Positions 1 through 13,018 are shown, counted from the stretch's first letter. The stretch is 59,939 bases of DNA from Acetobacteraceae bacterium (GCA_044225615.1 JBGAIK010000002.1:1-59939); one strand, 5' to 3'. Notes: a model not told the origin generated them from the letters alone. A program made the numbers and translations.

Positions 1-565
1 CGAGGGGCATGACCTGCTCGAGATGGAGCCGGAGGCGCGGGCGGCGGCCGGGCTGTTCCTGGCGTTCCAGTATCCGGTGGAACTGCCCGGCGTGGGCAAC
101 GCCAATTTCCTGCGCACGGCGCTGAACGCGCAGCGGCGCGCGCGCGGCGAGGGTGAGCTGGATGCGGTGCAGTTCCTGAAGCTGGCGCGGGGCGAGCTGA
201 AGAAGCTGTCGATGTCCGACGACATGCTGAAGCGCAACGTGAACGTGGGCTTCTCCGGCGGCGAGAAGAAGCGCAACGAGGTGCTGCAGATGGCGGTGCT
301 GCGGCCGAAGCTGGCGATCCTGGACGAGACCGATTCGGGCCTCGACATCGACGCGCTGAAGATCGTGGCCGACGGGGTGAACGCGCTGCGCGGGCCGGAA
401 TTCTCCGCCCTCGTCATCACCCATTACCAGCGCCTGCTCGACCATATCGTGCCCGATCGGGTGCACGTGCTGGCCGGCGGCAGGATCGTCCGCTCCGGCG
501 GGCCGGAGCTGGCGCACGAGCTCGAGGCCAACGGCTATGCGGCCGTGGTGGCCGAGGCGGCGTGA
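1..565 (+). CDS. sufC: Fe-S cluster assembly ATPase SufC (5' end outside window)
   Basis: ORF 23..565 has the ABC signature FSGGEKKRNEVLQM and Walker B LAILDETDSGLDID. The frame is open to the window edge and sufD/sufS follow. Confidence 0.93.
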   Translation, partial: EGHDLLEMEPEARAAAGLFLAFQYPVELPGVGNANFLRTALNAQRRARGEGELDAVQFLKLARGELKKLSMSDDMLKRNVNVGFSGGEKKRNEVLQMAVLRPKLAILDETDSGLDIDALKIVADGVNALRGPEFSALVITHYQRLLDHIVPDRVHVLAGGRIVRSGGPELAHELEANGYAAVVAEAA

Positions 566-1836
566 ACGCCATGTCCGCCTCCGCTTCCCTGAATGCCGGC
601 GCGCAGGACTTTCTCGCGCGCTATGCCGGGCTGAAGGACCGCCTGCCGGGCGACGCGGCGCAGCGTGCGGCCGGTGCCGAGGCTTTCGCCCGCAACGGGT
701 TTCCGGGCCCGCGCGAGGAGGCCTGGCGCTATACGCCGCTGCGCAGCCTGGCCGAGACCGCGTTCGCCGAGCCGCTGGTCCCCGTCTCCGACTGCGCCGA
801 CCTGCTCGCCCGCCTGCCCGCCGTCGACGCGCCGCGCCTGATCTTCGTGGACGGGCGTTTCCGCGCCGACCTTTCGACCGCACCCGGGGGGGTGACCCTG
901 CGCACCGGCGCACCGGCGTTCGGCACCATCGCCGATCTGAGCGAGCAGCTCGTCGCGCTGAACACCATGCTGGCCGAGGATGGCGCCGCGATCGAGGTGG
1001 GCGAGGGCGTCGATGCCGGCACCATCCTGCTCGCCAACCTGGGCAGCGACGCGCATGGCCGCCCGGTCGCCTTCCATCCCCGCCACGCGGTCAGCCTCGC
1101 AAAGGGCGCGAGGCTGACCCTGGTCGAGGTGAACGCCGGCAGCGGCGTCTATTTCAGCAACCCGGTCCTCTCCGCCACCGTGGCCGAGGACGCGGTCATG
1201 ACCCATCTGCGCTTCCAGCAGGAGGCGGCGGGGGCGTTCCATCTTTCGACCGTCTTCGCCGAGGTCGCCGCGCGCGGGACCTATGACAGCTTCACGCTGG
1301 CGCTGGGCGGGCGGCTGGCGCGGGCGGAAATCCATGCCCGGCTGGCCGGGGAGCGGGCGATGGCGCATCTGAACGCCGCCCAGCTGCTCGGCGGCAGCCA
1401 GCATTGCGACTTCACCACCGTGGTGCGCCACGACGCGCCGGCGACCGCGAGCCGGCAGACGGTGAAGAACGTGCTGACCGGCAGGGCGAAGGGCGTGTTC
1501 CAGGGCAAGATCGAGGTCGCGCGCGTCGCCCAGAAGACCGACGGCTACCAGATGAACCAGACGCTGCTGCTGTCGCGCGACGCCGAGATCGACAGCAAGC
1601 CGCAGCTGGAGATCTACGCCGACGACGTGAAATGCAGCCATGGCGCGACGGTGGGCGAGCTGGATGCAAACCAGCTGTTCTACCTGCGGAGCCGCGGCAT
1701 CGCCGCCGAGCCCGCGCGCAACCTGCTGATCCGGGCCTTCCTGTCCGAGGCGCTGGACCCGATCGCGCATGACGGGGCGCGGGAGGCGATGGAGGCCGCC
1801 ATCGCCGGATGGTGGGACCGGGAGCAAGCCGCATGA
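562..1836 (+). CDS. sufD: Fe-S cluster assembly protein SufD
   Basis: 424-aa ORF. GTG 562 overlaps the sufC stop (GTGA). C-terminal SufB/SufD block QKTDGYQMNQTLLLS...PQLEIYADDVKCSHGATVGELD. Confidence 0.92.
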   Translation: MNAMSASASLNAGAQDFLARYAGLKDRLPGDAAQRAAGAEAFARNGFPGPREEAWRYTPLRSLAETAFAEPLVPVSDCADLLARLPAVDAPRLIFVDGRFRADLSTAPGGVTLRTGAPAFGTIADLSEQLVALNTMLAEDGAAIEVGEGVDAGTILLANLGSDAHGRPVAFHPRHAVSLAKGARLTLVEVNAGSGVYFSNPVLSATVAEDAVMTHLRFQQEAAGAFHLSTVFAEVAARGTYDSFTLALGGRLARAEIHARLAGERAMAHLNAAQLLGGSQHCDFTTVVRHDAPATASRQTVKNVLTGRAKGVFQGKIEVARVAQKTDGYQMNQTLLLSRDAEIDSKPQLEIYADDVKCSHGATVGELDANQLFYLRSRGIAAEPARNLLIRAFLSEALDPIAHDGAREAMEAAIAGWWDREQAA

Positions 1837-3065
1837 ACGACGCACGCTTCGACCTCGCCGCGATCCGCGCCCAGTTTCCGATCCTGTCGCAGAAGATCCG
1901 TGGCAAGGACCTGGTGTTCCTGGACAGCGCCACCTCTGCGCAGAAGCCGCGCGCGGTGATCGAGGCGATGGTGCAGGCGATGGAGACGCAATACGCCAAC
2001 GTGCATCGCGGCCTGCACTGGATGAGCGAGCGCACCACCGAGGCCTACGAGGCCGTGCGCGATGCCGCGGCGCGGCTGCTGAACGCGGCCGACCGGCACG
2101 AGATCGTGATGGTGCGCAACAGCACCGAGGCCATCAACCTGGTGGCCAACACCTACGGCCGCGCCATCCTGAAGCCCGGGCAGGCCGTGGTGATCTCGGG
2201 GATGGAGCACCATTCCAACATCGTGCCGTGGCAGATGCTGCGCGACTCGCATGGGACGGAGCTGCGGGTGGCGCCGATCAGCGATGCCGGCGAACTGGAC
2301 ATGGCGGCCTTCGAGGCGCTGCTGGCCGATGGCAAGGTGGGGCTGGTCGCGATCACCCATATGTCCAACGTGCTGGGCACCTACACGCCCGCCGAGCGGA
2401 TCGTGAAGCTCGCCCACGCCCATGGCGCCAAGGTGCTGTTCGACGGCTCGCAGGCCGTGGTCCACCGCAAGGTGGACGTGCAGGCGCTGGACGCCGATTT
2501 CTACGTGTTCACCGGCCACAAGCTGTACGGGCCGACCGGCATCGGCGTGCTGTACGGCAAGCGCGCGCTGCTCGACGCCATGCCGCCCTGGATGGGCGGG
2601 GGGGAGATGATCTCCTCGGTCAGCTACGAGCGGAGCACCTGGGCGCAGGTGCCGCACAAGTTCGAGGCGGGCACGCCGGCGATCATCGAGGGCATCGGCC
2701 TCGCCGCCGCGATCGCGTGGGTGGAGGCGATCGGCTATCCGGCCATCGCCGCGCATGAGGCGGCGCTGACCGACCATGCGCTGGCGAAGCTGTCCGCCAT
2801 CGAGGGCGTGACGGTGATCGGGCGGGCGCAGGATCGCGGCGGGGTGGTGAGCTTCACGCTCGACCGGGCGCACGCGCATGACGTGGCGACCCTGCTCGAC
2901 CGGGCCGGCATCGCGGTGCGGGCGGGGCATCATTGCGCCGAGCCGCTGATGCGCCGGCTGGGGCTGGAGAGCACGGCGCGGGCAAGTTTCGGCGTCTACA
3001 CCGCGCCGGAGGAGATCGATCACCTGGCAGAGACGCTCGCCAAGGTGCGGGAATTCTTCAAGTGA
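1833..3065 (+). CDS. sufS: cysteine desulfurase SufS (class V aminotransferase)
   Basis: ATG 1833 overlaps the sufD stop (ATGA). PLP-lysine context FTGHKLYGPTGIGVLYGK and catalytic Cys context RAGHHCAEPLMRRLG. Confidence 0.95.
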   Translation: MNDARFDLAAIRAQFPILSQKIRGKDLVFLDSATSAQKPRAVIEAMVQAMETQYANVHRGLHWMSERTTEAYEAVRDAAARLLNAADRHEIVMVRNSTEAINLVANTYGRAILKPGQAVVISGMEHHSNIVPWQMLRDSHGTELRVAPISDAGELDMAAFEALLADGKVGLVAITHMSNVLGTYTPAERIVKLAHAHGAKVLFDGSQAVVHRKVDVQALDADFYVFTGHKLYGPTGIGVLYGKRALLDAMPPWMGGGEMISSVSYERSTWAQVPHKFEAGTPAIIEGIGLAAAIAWVEAIGYPAIAAHEAALTDHALAKLSAIEGVTVIGRAQDRGGVVSFTLDRAHAHDVATLLDRAGIAVRAGHHCAEPLMRRLGLESTARASFGVYTAPEEIDHLAETLAKVREFFK

Positions 3066-3517
3066 ACACGTTCGACGACGTCCGCGATCTCTACAACGCC
3101 ACGATCATGGAGCGCGGCCGGCGTCCGCAGCACATGCGGCGGCTGGAGGCGTTCGACGCCACCGCCAAGGGCGACAACCCGATGTGCGGCGACCGGGTGC
3201 AGGTGTGGGTGAAGCTCGACGGCGGCGCCATTGCCGCGACCGGGTTCGAGGCGCGCGGCTGCGAGATCAGCAAGGCGGCCGCCGACCTGATGGTGGAGGC
3301 GGTGGCCGGGCGCACGGCGGACGAGACGAGGCAGATTTTTGCTGCCTTCCACACCTTGGCGCGGACCGGCGCCTGCGCCGACTGCGCCGCGGCGCTGGCG
3401 CCGATGGCGCCGCTCGCCGCCGTCCACGAATACCCGTCCCGGGTGAAGTGCGCGACGCTGCCCTGGCACGCGCTGCTCGCCGCCCTTGACGGCAAGTCCA
3501 GCAGCACCAGCGAGTGA
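3062..3517 (+). CDS. SUF-system NifU/IscU-like scaffold (SufU type)
   Basis: GTG 3062 overlaps the sufS stop. Conserved Cys contexts GDNPMCGD, ARGCEIS and VKCATLPW. Confidence 0.85.
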   Translation: MNTFDDVRDLYNATIMERGRRPQHMRRLEAFDATAKGDNPMCGDRVQVWVKLDGGAIAATGFEARGCEISKAAADLMVEAVAGRTADETRQIFAAFHTLARTGACADCAAALAPMAPLAAVHEYPSRVKCATLPWHALLAALDGKSSSTSE

Positions 3518-3524
3518 GGGCACG

Positions 3525-3884
3525 ATGGACGAGCAACCCGCCGCGCACGGAAGCTGGACCCCCGACGGCGAGACCGCCGGCAAGCCGAGCGAGGACGCGC
3601 TGATCGCGGCCTGCGCGACGGTGTACGACCCGGAAATCCCGGTGAACATCTACGAGCTCGGCCTGATCTACACGATCGACGTGAGCGACCAGGGCAACGT
3701 GAAGGTGGAGATGACGCTGACCGCCCCGGGCTGCCCGAGCGCGCAGGAGCTGCCCGAGCAGGTGCGCGACGCGATCCTGGCCGTGCCGGGCGTGGCCACC
3801 TGCGACGTCGAGGTGGTGTGGGACCCGCCCTGGGACCAGACCCGGATGACCGAGGATGCCCGCCTCGCGCTGAACATGTTCTGA
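3525..3884 (+). CDS. sufT: DUF59 Fe-S assembly protein (SufT/PaaD-like)
   Basis: VYDPEIPVNIYELGLIY ... MTLTAPGCP ... VVWDPPW is the typical DUF59 core. ATG 3525 lies within ORF 3486..3884. Confidence 0.85.
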   Translation: MDEQPAAHGSWTPDGETAGKPSEDALIAACATVYDPEIPVNIYELGLIYTIDVSDQGNVKVEMTLTAPGCPSAQELPEQVRDAILAVPGVATCDVEVVWDPPWDQTRMTEDARLALNMF

Positions 3885-3945
3885 CGGAGGACCCGCCAAT
3901 GTCCACCACCATCTGCCCCGCCCCTGCCGCGCTTTGCCGCCGCTG

Positions 3946-4273
3946 ATGACGCTGACCGACGCCGCGGCCGAGCGCCTGCATGCGCTCTATGCCAAGGGCC
4001 AGGAGAGCGGCAGCAGGGCAAGCTGCTGCGCATATCCGTCAACACCAAGGGCTGCTCGGGCCGGCCTACGACATGTCGTGGGTGGATGCGCCCGGCCCCG
4101 GCGACGAGAGCGTGACCGACAAGGGTGCCACCGTGCTGGTGGACCGCAAGGCGAGCCTGTTCCTGATCGGCACCACGATGGACTACGAGACCAAGACCCT
4201 GTCCTCCGGATTCACTTTCGTGAATCCGAACGAGAAGGGCCGTTGCGGTTGCGGCGAGAGCTTCCACGTATAG
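3946..4273 (+). pseudogene. HesB/IscA-type Fe-S carrier (SufA/ErpA-like), reading frame broken twice
   Basis: The N-terminus MTLTDAAAERLHALYAKGQESG is in the frame of ORF 3934. GKLLRISVNTKGCSG is readable only in the -1 frame (from 4020). AYDMSWVD...FVNPNEKGRCGCGESFHV is in the frame of ORF 3980. The apparent 1-nt losses are near 4012 (a G run) and near 4063. Confidence 0.8.
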
Positions 4274-4303
4274 GGCCTGAATCCGACGCCTGAGGAGGCT
4301 GCG

Positions 4304-5137
4304 ATGTCCGAGCTCGCCTGCGGTGCGCGTAACGTCTTCCGACGGGGTGTGGGACACGATCCTGCACGAATCGGCGCCGCCGTGGCGCAGGACCGGCTGA
4401 TGAGCCGGATTGTCAGCACCATGGTCACGCCGCACGGCAATCTCGGCGGCGCCATGGCCTGCCTGCTGGGCCGCAAGCTGCACGACGACGCGCTGGACCG
4501 GCCGACGCTGGCCGGGCTGATTTCCGACGCCTACGAGGACGAGCCCGACATCGTGGCCGCCACCGCGGCCGACCTGCTCGCCATCCGCGACCGCGACCCG
4601 GCCACCCACGACCTGCTGACGCCGTTCCTGTTCTTCAAGGGGTTCCAGTCGCTGCAGGCACACCGCATCGCCAACTGGCTGTGGCGCGGCGGGCGCATCC
4701 ACCTCGCGCGCCACATGCAGAGCCGCATTTCCGAAGTGTTCGCCGCCGATTTCCATCCCGCCGCGCGCATGGGGCGGGGGATCATGATCGACCACGGCAC
4801 CAGCCTGGTGATCGGCGAGACCGCGGTGGTGGAGGACGACGTCTCGATGCTGCAGGAGGTCACGCTGGGCGGCACCGGCAAGGAATGCGGCGACCGCCAC
4901 CCGAAGGTGCGGCGCGGCGTGCTGATCGGCGCCGGCGCCAAGATCCTCGGCAACATCGAGATCGGCGAGGGGGCGAAGGTCGGCGCCGGCAGCATCGTGC
5001 TGGACAGCGTGGCGCCCCACACCACGGTGGTGGGCGTACCGGCCAAGCCGGTCGGGCGGTTCCAGGGCTTTGCCGGGCTCACCATGGACCACCGGCTTCC
5101 CGCCGAGCAGACCTGGCCGCACGACGCCACCGGCTGA
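4304..5137 (+). CDS. cysE: serine O-acetyltransferase
   Basis: Hexapeptide-repeat core DFHPAARMGRGIMIDHGTSLVIGETAVV and GGTGKECGDRHPKV. RBS GAGGAGG lies 5 nt upstream. A short out-of-frame patch is suspected at 4338..4368 (see findings). Confidence 0.9.
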   Translation: MSELACGARNVFRRGVGHDPARIGAAVAQDRLMSRIVSTMVTPHGNLGGAMACLLGRKLHDDALDRPTLAGLISDAYEDEPDIVAATAADLLAIRDRDPATHDLLTPFLFFKGFQSLQAHRIANWLWRGGRIHLARHMQSRISEVFAADFHPAARMGRGIMIDHGTSLVIGETAVVEDDVSMLQEVTLGGTGKECGDRHPKVRRGVLIGAGAKILGNIEIGEGAKVGAGSIVLDSVAPHTTVVGVPAKPVGRFQGFAGLTMDHRLPAEQTWPHDATG

Positions 5138-5532
5138 TGCGCCGCCGCACCCTGCTTCTGACCTTGCTGGCCACGCCTGCGCGGGCGCAGGGGAGCGCCA
5201 TCGAGCAGGTGATCCGCGACCAGATGACCGCCTTCGCCCGCGACGACGCCGAAGCAGCCTTCGGCTTCGCCACGCCCGAGTTGCGCGCCATGTTCGGCAG
5301 CGCCGCAACGTTCATGTCCATGGTTCGCCAGGGCTACCAGCCGGTCTACCGGCCCCGTTCGGTGACCTTCGGCGATCTGGCCGAGGAGGGCGGGCAGATG
5401 GTGCAGGAAGTCGGCGTGATCGGGCCGGACGGCGTGCCGCGGATTGCCCTCTACACGATGGAGCGGCAGGCGGACGGCAGCTGGCGGATTGCGGGCTGCC
5501 GGCTGGTGGAGCGCCCGCGGCCTTCGTCGTAG
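5137..5532 (+). CDS. DUF4864 family secreted protein
   Basis: ATG overlaps the cysE stop (TGATG). Signal-like MRRRTLLLTLLATPARAQG, then the DUF4864-like pattern IRDQMTAFARDD...YQPVYRP...DGSWRIAGC. Confidence 0.75.
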   Translation: MRRRTLLLTLLATPARAQGSAIEQVIRDQMTAFARDDAEAAFGFATPELRAMFGSAATFMSMVRQGYQPVYRPRSVTFGDLAEEGGQMVQEVGVIGPDGVPRIALYTMERQADGSWRIAGCRLVERPRPSS

Positions 5533-5541
5533 CCTGGCATC

Positions 5542-6798
5542 CTACCGGCCGAACACGCACACGCTCTCCAGGCGCGGCGACCACAGGAACTGATCCACCG
5601 GCACCGCACGCAGCAGCCGGTAGCCGGCCCCCGCCAGCACCGCCGCATCCCGCGCCAGGGATGCCGGGTTGCAGCTCACATACACCACCCGCTTCAACCC
5701 GGCGGCGGCGATCGCCGGCAGCTGCGCTGCCGCGCCGGCGTGCGGCGGGTCGAGCACCACCGCCGCGAAGGGCGCCAGCTCCCTGGCCGACAGCGGCTGC
5801 CTTGCCAGGTCCCGCGCATGCGCGGTCACGCGCCCGGCCAGCCCGGCCCCGTTGGCCGCCGCCCGCAGCGCCGCATGCGCCGCGGCGTCGCCCTCGAACG
5901 CATCGACCCGCCCGCGCCCGGCGAGCGCGAAGGTCAGCGTGCCGCAGCCGGCGTAGAGTTCGGCGATCCGCGCGGATTTCGGCAGCTTCTCCGGCAGCCC
6001 GGCCAGCACCGCGCCGACGATCGCCGCCTCGCCCTCGCGCGACGCCTGGAGGAACCCGCCCGCCGGCGGCGCGACCGTCACGCCGGAGAAGGCGATCGCC
6101 GGCGGACGGAGCAGGCAGGCCGTCTCCGGCGCCCGCTTGCCCTCGGCCACGGTGATGCGCGGCAGGCCGTGGGCATCCGCGAAGGCGGCGAGGCGGGTGC
6201 GGTCGGTGGCGTTCACCGCGCCATCCAGCCGCAGCAGCAGGTCCGGGCCGGCATCGAGCAGGTTCAGCACCGCCGAGCCTTCGCGCCGGAGCCCGGCCAG
6301 GCCGCGCAGCACGGTGCGCAGGGGTGCGATCAGGGCGAACAGCGCCGGGTGCATCACCGTGCATGCGGCGAGGTCGACCACCTCGGCGCTGCGCGCCGCG
6401 TGCAGGCCCACGACCAGCACGGCGCCGTTGCGGCGCACCGCGAGGTCCACGCGCCGGCGGGCACCGGGCGGCGTGCGGTCCAGCGGCCCCAGGGCGGGGT
6501 CGGGGAAGCCGGCACGGCGCAGGGCGGCGGCAAGCAGCCCGGCCTTCCACGCCGCGTAGGGCGCATCCGACCAATGCTGCAACGAACATCCGCCGCAGGC
6601 GGTGAAATGCGGGCAGGACGGGGCCACGCGGTCCGGGCTCGCGGTGACGATCTCGGCGGCGCCGCGCTGGCCGTCGGTGGCCAGGCGGACGGTTTCACCC
6701 GGCAGGGTGTAGGGCAGGTAGAGCGGACCGTCGGCGATTCCGTCGCCCTCGGCACCGACGCGCCGGATGGTCACGCTCGGCGGCGGCATCGCCCTCAC
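5542..6798 (-). CDS. class I SAM-dependent RNA (uracil-5) methyltransferase, RumA/RlmD-like
   Basis: 418-aa ORF. Cys cluster [18 protein letters not shown] motif [14 protein letters not shown] and [13 protein letters not shown]. Confidence 0.85.
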   Translation of the reverse strand: MRAMPPPSVTIRRVGAEGDGIADGPLYLPYTLPGETVRLATDGQRGAAEIVTASPDRVAPSCPHFTACGGCSLQHWSDAPYAAWKAGLLAAALRRAGFPDPALGPLDRTPPGARRRVDLAVRRNGAVLVVGLHAARSAEVVDLAACTVMHPALFALIAPLRTVLRGLAGLRREGSAVLNLLDAGPDLLLRLDGAVNATDRTRLAAFADAHGLPRITVAEGKRAPETACLLRPPAIAFSGVTVAPPAGGFLQASREGEAAIVGAVLAGLPEKLPKSARIAELYAGCGTLTFALAGRGRVDAFEGDAAAHAALRAAANGAGLAGRVTAHARDLARQPLSARELAPFAAVVLDPPHAGAAAQLPAIAAAGLKRVVYVSCNPASLARDAAVLAGAGYRLLRAVPVDQFLWSPRLESVCVFGR

Positions 6799-6825
6799 CC
6801 TCCCACCGCTGCGCGGCGGGCCCCT

Positions 6826-6849
6826 CCCTCTCCCGCACGCGGGAGAGGG
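6826..6849 (-). terminator. GC hairpin downstream of gcdH
   Basis: ccctctccc-gcacgc-gggagaggg (9-bp stem) lies between the gcdH stop (6859) and the methyltransferase start (6798). There is no clear U tract. Confidence 0.4.
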
Positions 6850-6858
6850 GCCTTTCCT

Positions 6859-8064
<1,206 letters not shown>

Positions 8065-8067
8065 GGC

Positions 8068-9690
<1,623 letters not shown>

Positions 9691-9773
9691 GGCGTCGCCG
9701 GGAAGCTCGGCATCGTGCACCGGGGCGGCATCGCCACTGCCGGGGGGCGGGTCAGTCAACGGGATGGTGTCGT

Positions 9774-10387
9774 TCAAACTTGCAATGCCTTCAACGCGGC
9801 TCGGCCGGATACGGGGCGTGTGATGCCAGAATGCGATCGCATGCTCACCGCGGCGTGCGCGCCGGTCCTGGCGTTCTGCAGCACGCATGGCTGCGGGGTA
9901 TCTTGAAACGGCCGTGGAAAGTCAAGCTTGGCAGGGCCAACCGCGCCGGATCGTGCGAATTTGCCTGTGCGGGACGCCGCCTCGGAGTGCACCCGGCCCG
10001 GCTGGTGCGGGCTGTCGAGGCTGAAGGTGGGGATGGTCACGTCGAAGGGCGCGCCGGTGGCCTGGTCGATCATGTGGTACTGGCCGCCCATGAAGCCGCT
10101 CGGCGTGTCGAGCGGGGTGCCGGAGGTGTATTCGAAGGCTCGCCGGGGGCGAGCACCGGGGTCTGGCCGATCACCCCGTCGCCATGCACGCGCTTGGTGC
10201 GGCCGGCGGCATCGGTGATGAGCCAGGTGCGCCTGAGCAGCTGGACGGTGACGCCGCCCTGGTTTTCGATGCGCACGCGATAGGCCCAGACGAAGCGGTG
10301 CTCCTCCGGCTTCGACTGGTCGGTGAGGAAGAAGGAGCGGACGCTGACGCGCACGCCCTGGGTGGTTTCGCTGTAGTCCGTGGCCAT
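9774..10387 (-). pseudogene. apaG: ApaG (DUF525) with one frameshift and an unusually long 3' read-through
   Basis: [21 protein letters not shown]...[17 protein letters not shown] is in one frame (ATG 10387). [44 protein letters not shown] is in the frame of ORF 9774..10091. The junction is near 10143. The second frame then stays open about 70 codons past the usual ApaG end. Confidence 0.8.
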
Positions 10388-10460
10388 GCGGCCGTTTCTA
10401 GAGCATGACAGCGTCAAGTTGAAGCTGTCATGCTCCGGGAAGCCACCGTCCAAGCGCGCG

Positions 10461-11662
10461 CTATTCCGCCGCCTGCCGCCTGTCCAGCGCGGCGAGCGCC
10501 TGGGCGAGGTCGTCCTCGATGTCGCGCGGGTCCTCGAGCCCGACCGACAGGCGGATGACGCCATCGGTGATGCCGAGCTTCGCGCGCTCCTCGGCGCCGA
10601 TGCGCATGTGGGTGGTGGTGGTGATGGGTGGCGAGCGACTTGGAGTCGCCCAGATTGTTCGACACCTTGATGAGGCGGAAGGCGTTCATGACGCGGAAGG
10701 CGGCGTCCTTGCCGCCGGCGACCTCGAAGGTGACCAAGGTGCCGCCCGCCGTCATCTGCCGCATGGCGAGCGCGCGCTGCGGGTGGTCGGCGCGGGTGGG
10801 GTACCAGACGCGGGCGATGCCGGGGCGGGTGGCGAGGAAGTCGGCCACCTGGGCGGCGCTGCGGCAGCCGGCGTCGACGCGCAGGGCCAGCGTCTCCAGC
10901 CCCTTGAGCAGCAGCCAGGCGTTGAAGGGCGAGATCGAGGGGCCGGTGTTGCGGATGAAGGGCTGGAGCACGTCCTCGACCCATTTCTGCCGCCCGAGCA
11001 CGGCGCCGCCGAGCACCCTGCCCTGCCCGTCGATATGCTTGGTGCAGGAATAGACGACGACGTCGGCGCCGAGCTGGAGCGGCTTCTGGTGCAGGGGGGT
11101 GGCGAAGACGTTGTCCACCACCACCAGCGCGCCGGCGGCATGGGCAAGATCGGCCACGGCCTTGAGGTCGACGATCTCCAGCATCGGGTTGGAGGGCGTC
11201 TCCAGCAGGACCAGCGTGGCCGGGGTGGCGAGCGCCGCGCGCCACTGGGCGAGGTCGCCGCCGTCGACGAATTCGGTGACGACGCCGTAGCGCGGCAGCA
11301 GGGTGGAGACGATCCAGTGGCAGGAGCCGAACAGCGCGGGAGGCGACGACGCGGTCGCCGGCCTTGAGGTGACTCAGCAGCGCGGCATGGACGGCGGCCA
11401 TGCCGGTGGCGGTGGCGCGGCAGGCTTCCGCGCCCTCGATCAGGCAGAGGCGCTGTTCCAGCATGGCGACCGTCGGGTTGCCGAAGCGGGAATACTGGAA
11501 GTGCTTGATCTCGTTCTTGAAGGTGGCCTCGGCCTGCTCGGCGTCGTCGTAGACGAAGCCGGAGGTGAGGAACAGCGCCTCGGCGGTCTCGCCGAAATGG
11601 CTGCGTTCGAGGCCGCCCTGCACGAGCAGGGTGGCGGGACGCCAGGTGGGGGAGTCGGTCAT
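10461..11662 (-). pseudogene. metZ: O-succinylhomoserine sulfhydrylase (Cys/Met PLP family), two frameshifts
   Basis: N-terminus MTDSPTWRPATLLVQGG...GDRVVASRA (frame of ORF 10070..11662). The middle part LFGSCHWIV...YSCTKHIDGQGRVLGG...[11 protein letters not shown] is in the frame of ORF 10414..11184. The tail ...[50 protein letters not shown] is in the third frame (stop 10461). Junctions are near 11335 and near 10620. Confidence 0.85.
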
Positions 11663-11729
11663 GGTGCGTGGCCCTTACGCCGGTTGGGCCGACCTGGCAG
11701 CGCGGTGCCGTGATATGCGCGTCGCCGCT

Positions 11730-11790
11730 GACCTCTTTAGCGCGCTTGTTTCACCTCGCCGCAATCCGGTCGGACAAATCACGAGGGCCC
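11730..11790 (-). promoter_or_regulatory. candidate SAM-II (SAM_alpha) riboswitch in the metZ leader
   Basis: The minus strand reads cucGUGAUUUGuccgaccGGAUUGCggcgaggugAAACAAGCGCGCUAAAGAGg. This matches the remembered SAM-II pattern GUGAUUU...GGCUUGC...AAAG.GCUAAA. It lies about 70 nt upstream of the metZ ATG. Confidence 0.55.
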
Positions 11791-11839
11791 TTGCAAGGCG
11801 GGGGCACGCTAGGCGCCCCGCCCTGCGGCGTCAACGGCG

Positions 11840-13018
11840 CTATGGGGCGGGCGTGCGGTAGAGCACCCGGCCGCCGACCTTGATCTCCACGTCCACCAGG
11901 TAGCTTCATCCCGGCGGGGTTGACCGCGATGCCGAGGCCCGGCGCGCGTCGGGCGCGGCCACCATGCCGTCGGCGTCGCGCGCGCGATCGGGGTGGCGAC
12001 GAAATCGACCGAGAGCGGCTTGGGCTGGAACGGGAACTCCGCAGTCCGGGTGCGCCGGCAGGCCGGCGAAGGCCTGCATCGAGGCGCTGAGCGCGAGATG
12101 CGAGGTGAAGGTGTGGTTCACGAAGGTCACGCCCTTGGCCACCGCATAGTCGGCGACCCGCTTCGACGGGCCGATGCCGCCGATGCGGCCGGTGTCGATC
12201 TGGATGAAGCCGACGCCGCCATAGTCGATCAGGTGCCGGGCCATGGAGAAATTGTGCGCGCCCTCGCCGCCGGCCAGCCGCACGACCGTGCTGCGCCGGG
12301 CCAGCGCGCCGTAGGCGTCGAGCGCGGCGGCGTGGAACGGCTCTTCCAGCCAGGTGGCGCGGGCGGCTTCCAGGCCCGGCAGCCGGGCCGCCGCGGCCTC
12401 GACGTCCTCGCCCCAGATCTGGCCGGTATCGACCAGCAGCAGCGCGTCCTTGCCGATGCCTTCGCGCGCCGCGGCGAAATGGTCGGCGTCGAGCTTCGCC
12501 GTGCCGCGGCCGATCGGGCCCCAGCCGAACTTGGCCGCGCCGTAGCCGGCGGCGTGCGCCGCCCTGCCCTGGCGCAGCGTGGCCTCCGGCGTGTCGCCGA
12601 ACAGCATCGAGGCGTAGGGCAGCTTGCGGTGCGAGGCGGCATGGCCGAGCAGGCGCCAGACCGGCTGGCCGCGCGCCTGGCCGAGCAGGTCCCACAGCGC
12701 CATCTCCACGCCCGACCAGGTATGCGCGGCCTGGAGCAGGTCCTGCGATTCGTAGGCCACCACGGCCGCCATGCGGGCGATGTCGGCCGGGCTGTCGAGC
12801 GTCTGGCCCAGCACCGCGTCGCCGACCGGGTGGCAGACGCCGTGCGACTTGGGGGTGACGAAGGCGGCGATGGAGGGCAGCGGCGACGCCTCGCACTCGC
12901 CCCAGCCGACATGGCCGCCGGCGGCGATGCGCACCAGCAGCGCGTCCTGGCTGCCGTCGGCCTCGTCGGTGATCTCCGGCATCGCCAGGTAGAAGAGGTC
13001 GACCTGCTCGATCCTCAC
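11840..13018 (-). pseudogene. enolase-superfamily enzyme (mandelate racemase/muconate lactonizing family), 3' end broken by several frameshifts
   Basis: GTG 13018 (RBS GGAGGG) overlaps the upstream stop. VRIEQVDLFYL...KFGWGPIGRG...LLVDTGQIWG...WLEEPF...IQIDTGRIGGI is intact. After AGLPAHP the homologous reading CEFPFQPKPLSVDFVATPIAR / DADGMVAAPDA / PGLGIAVNPAGMK / YLVDVEIKVGGRVLYRTPAP* needs frame changes near 12040, 11985, 11943 and 11903. Confidence 0.8.
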
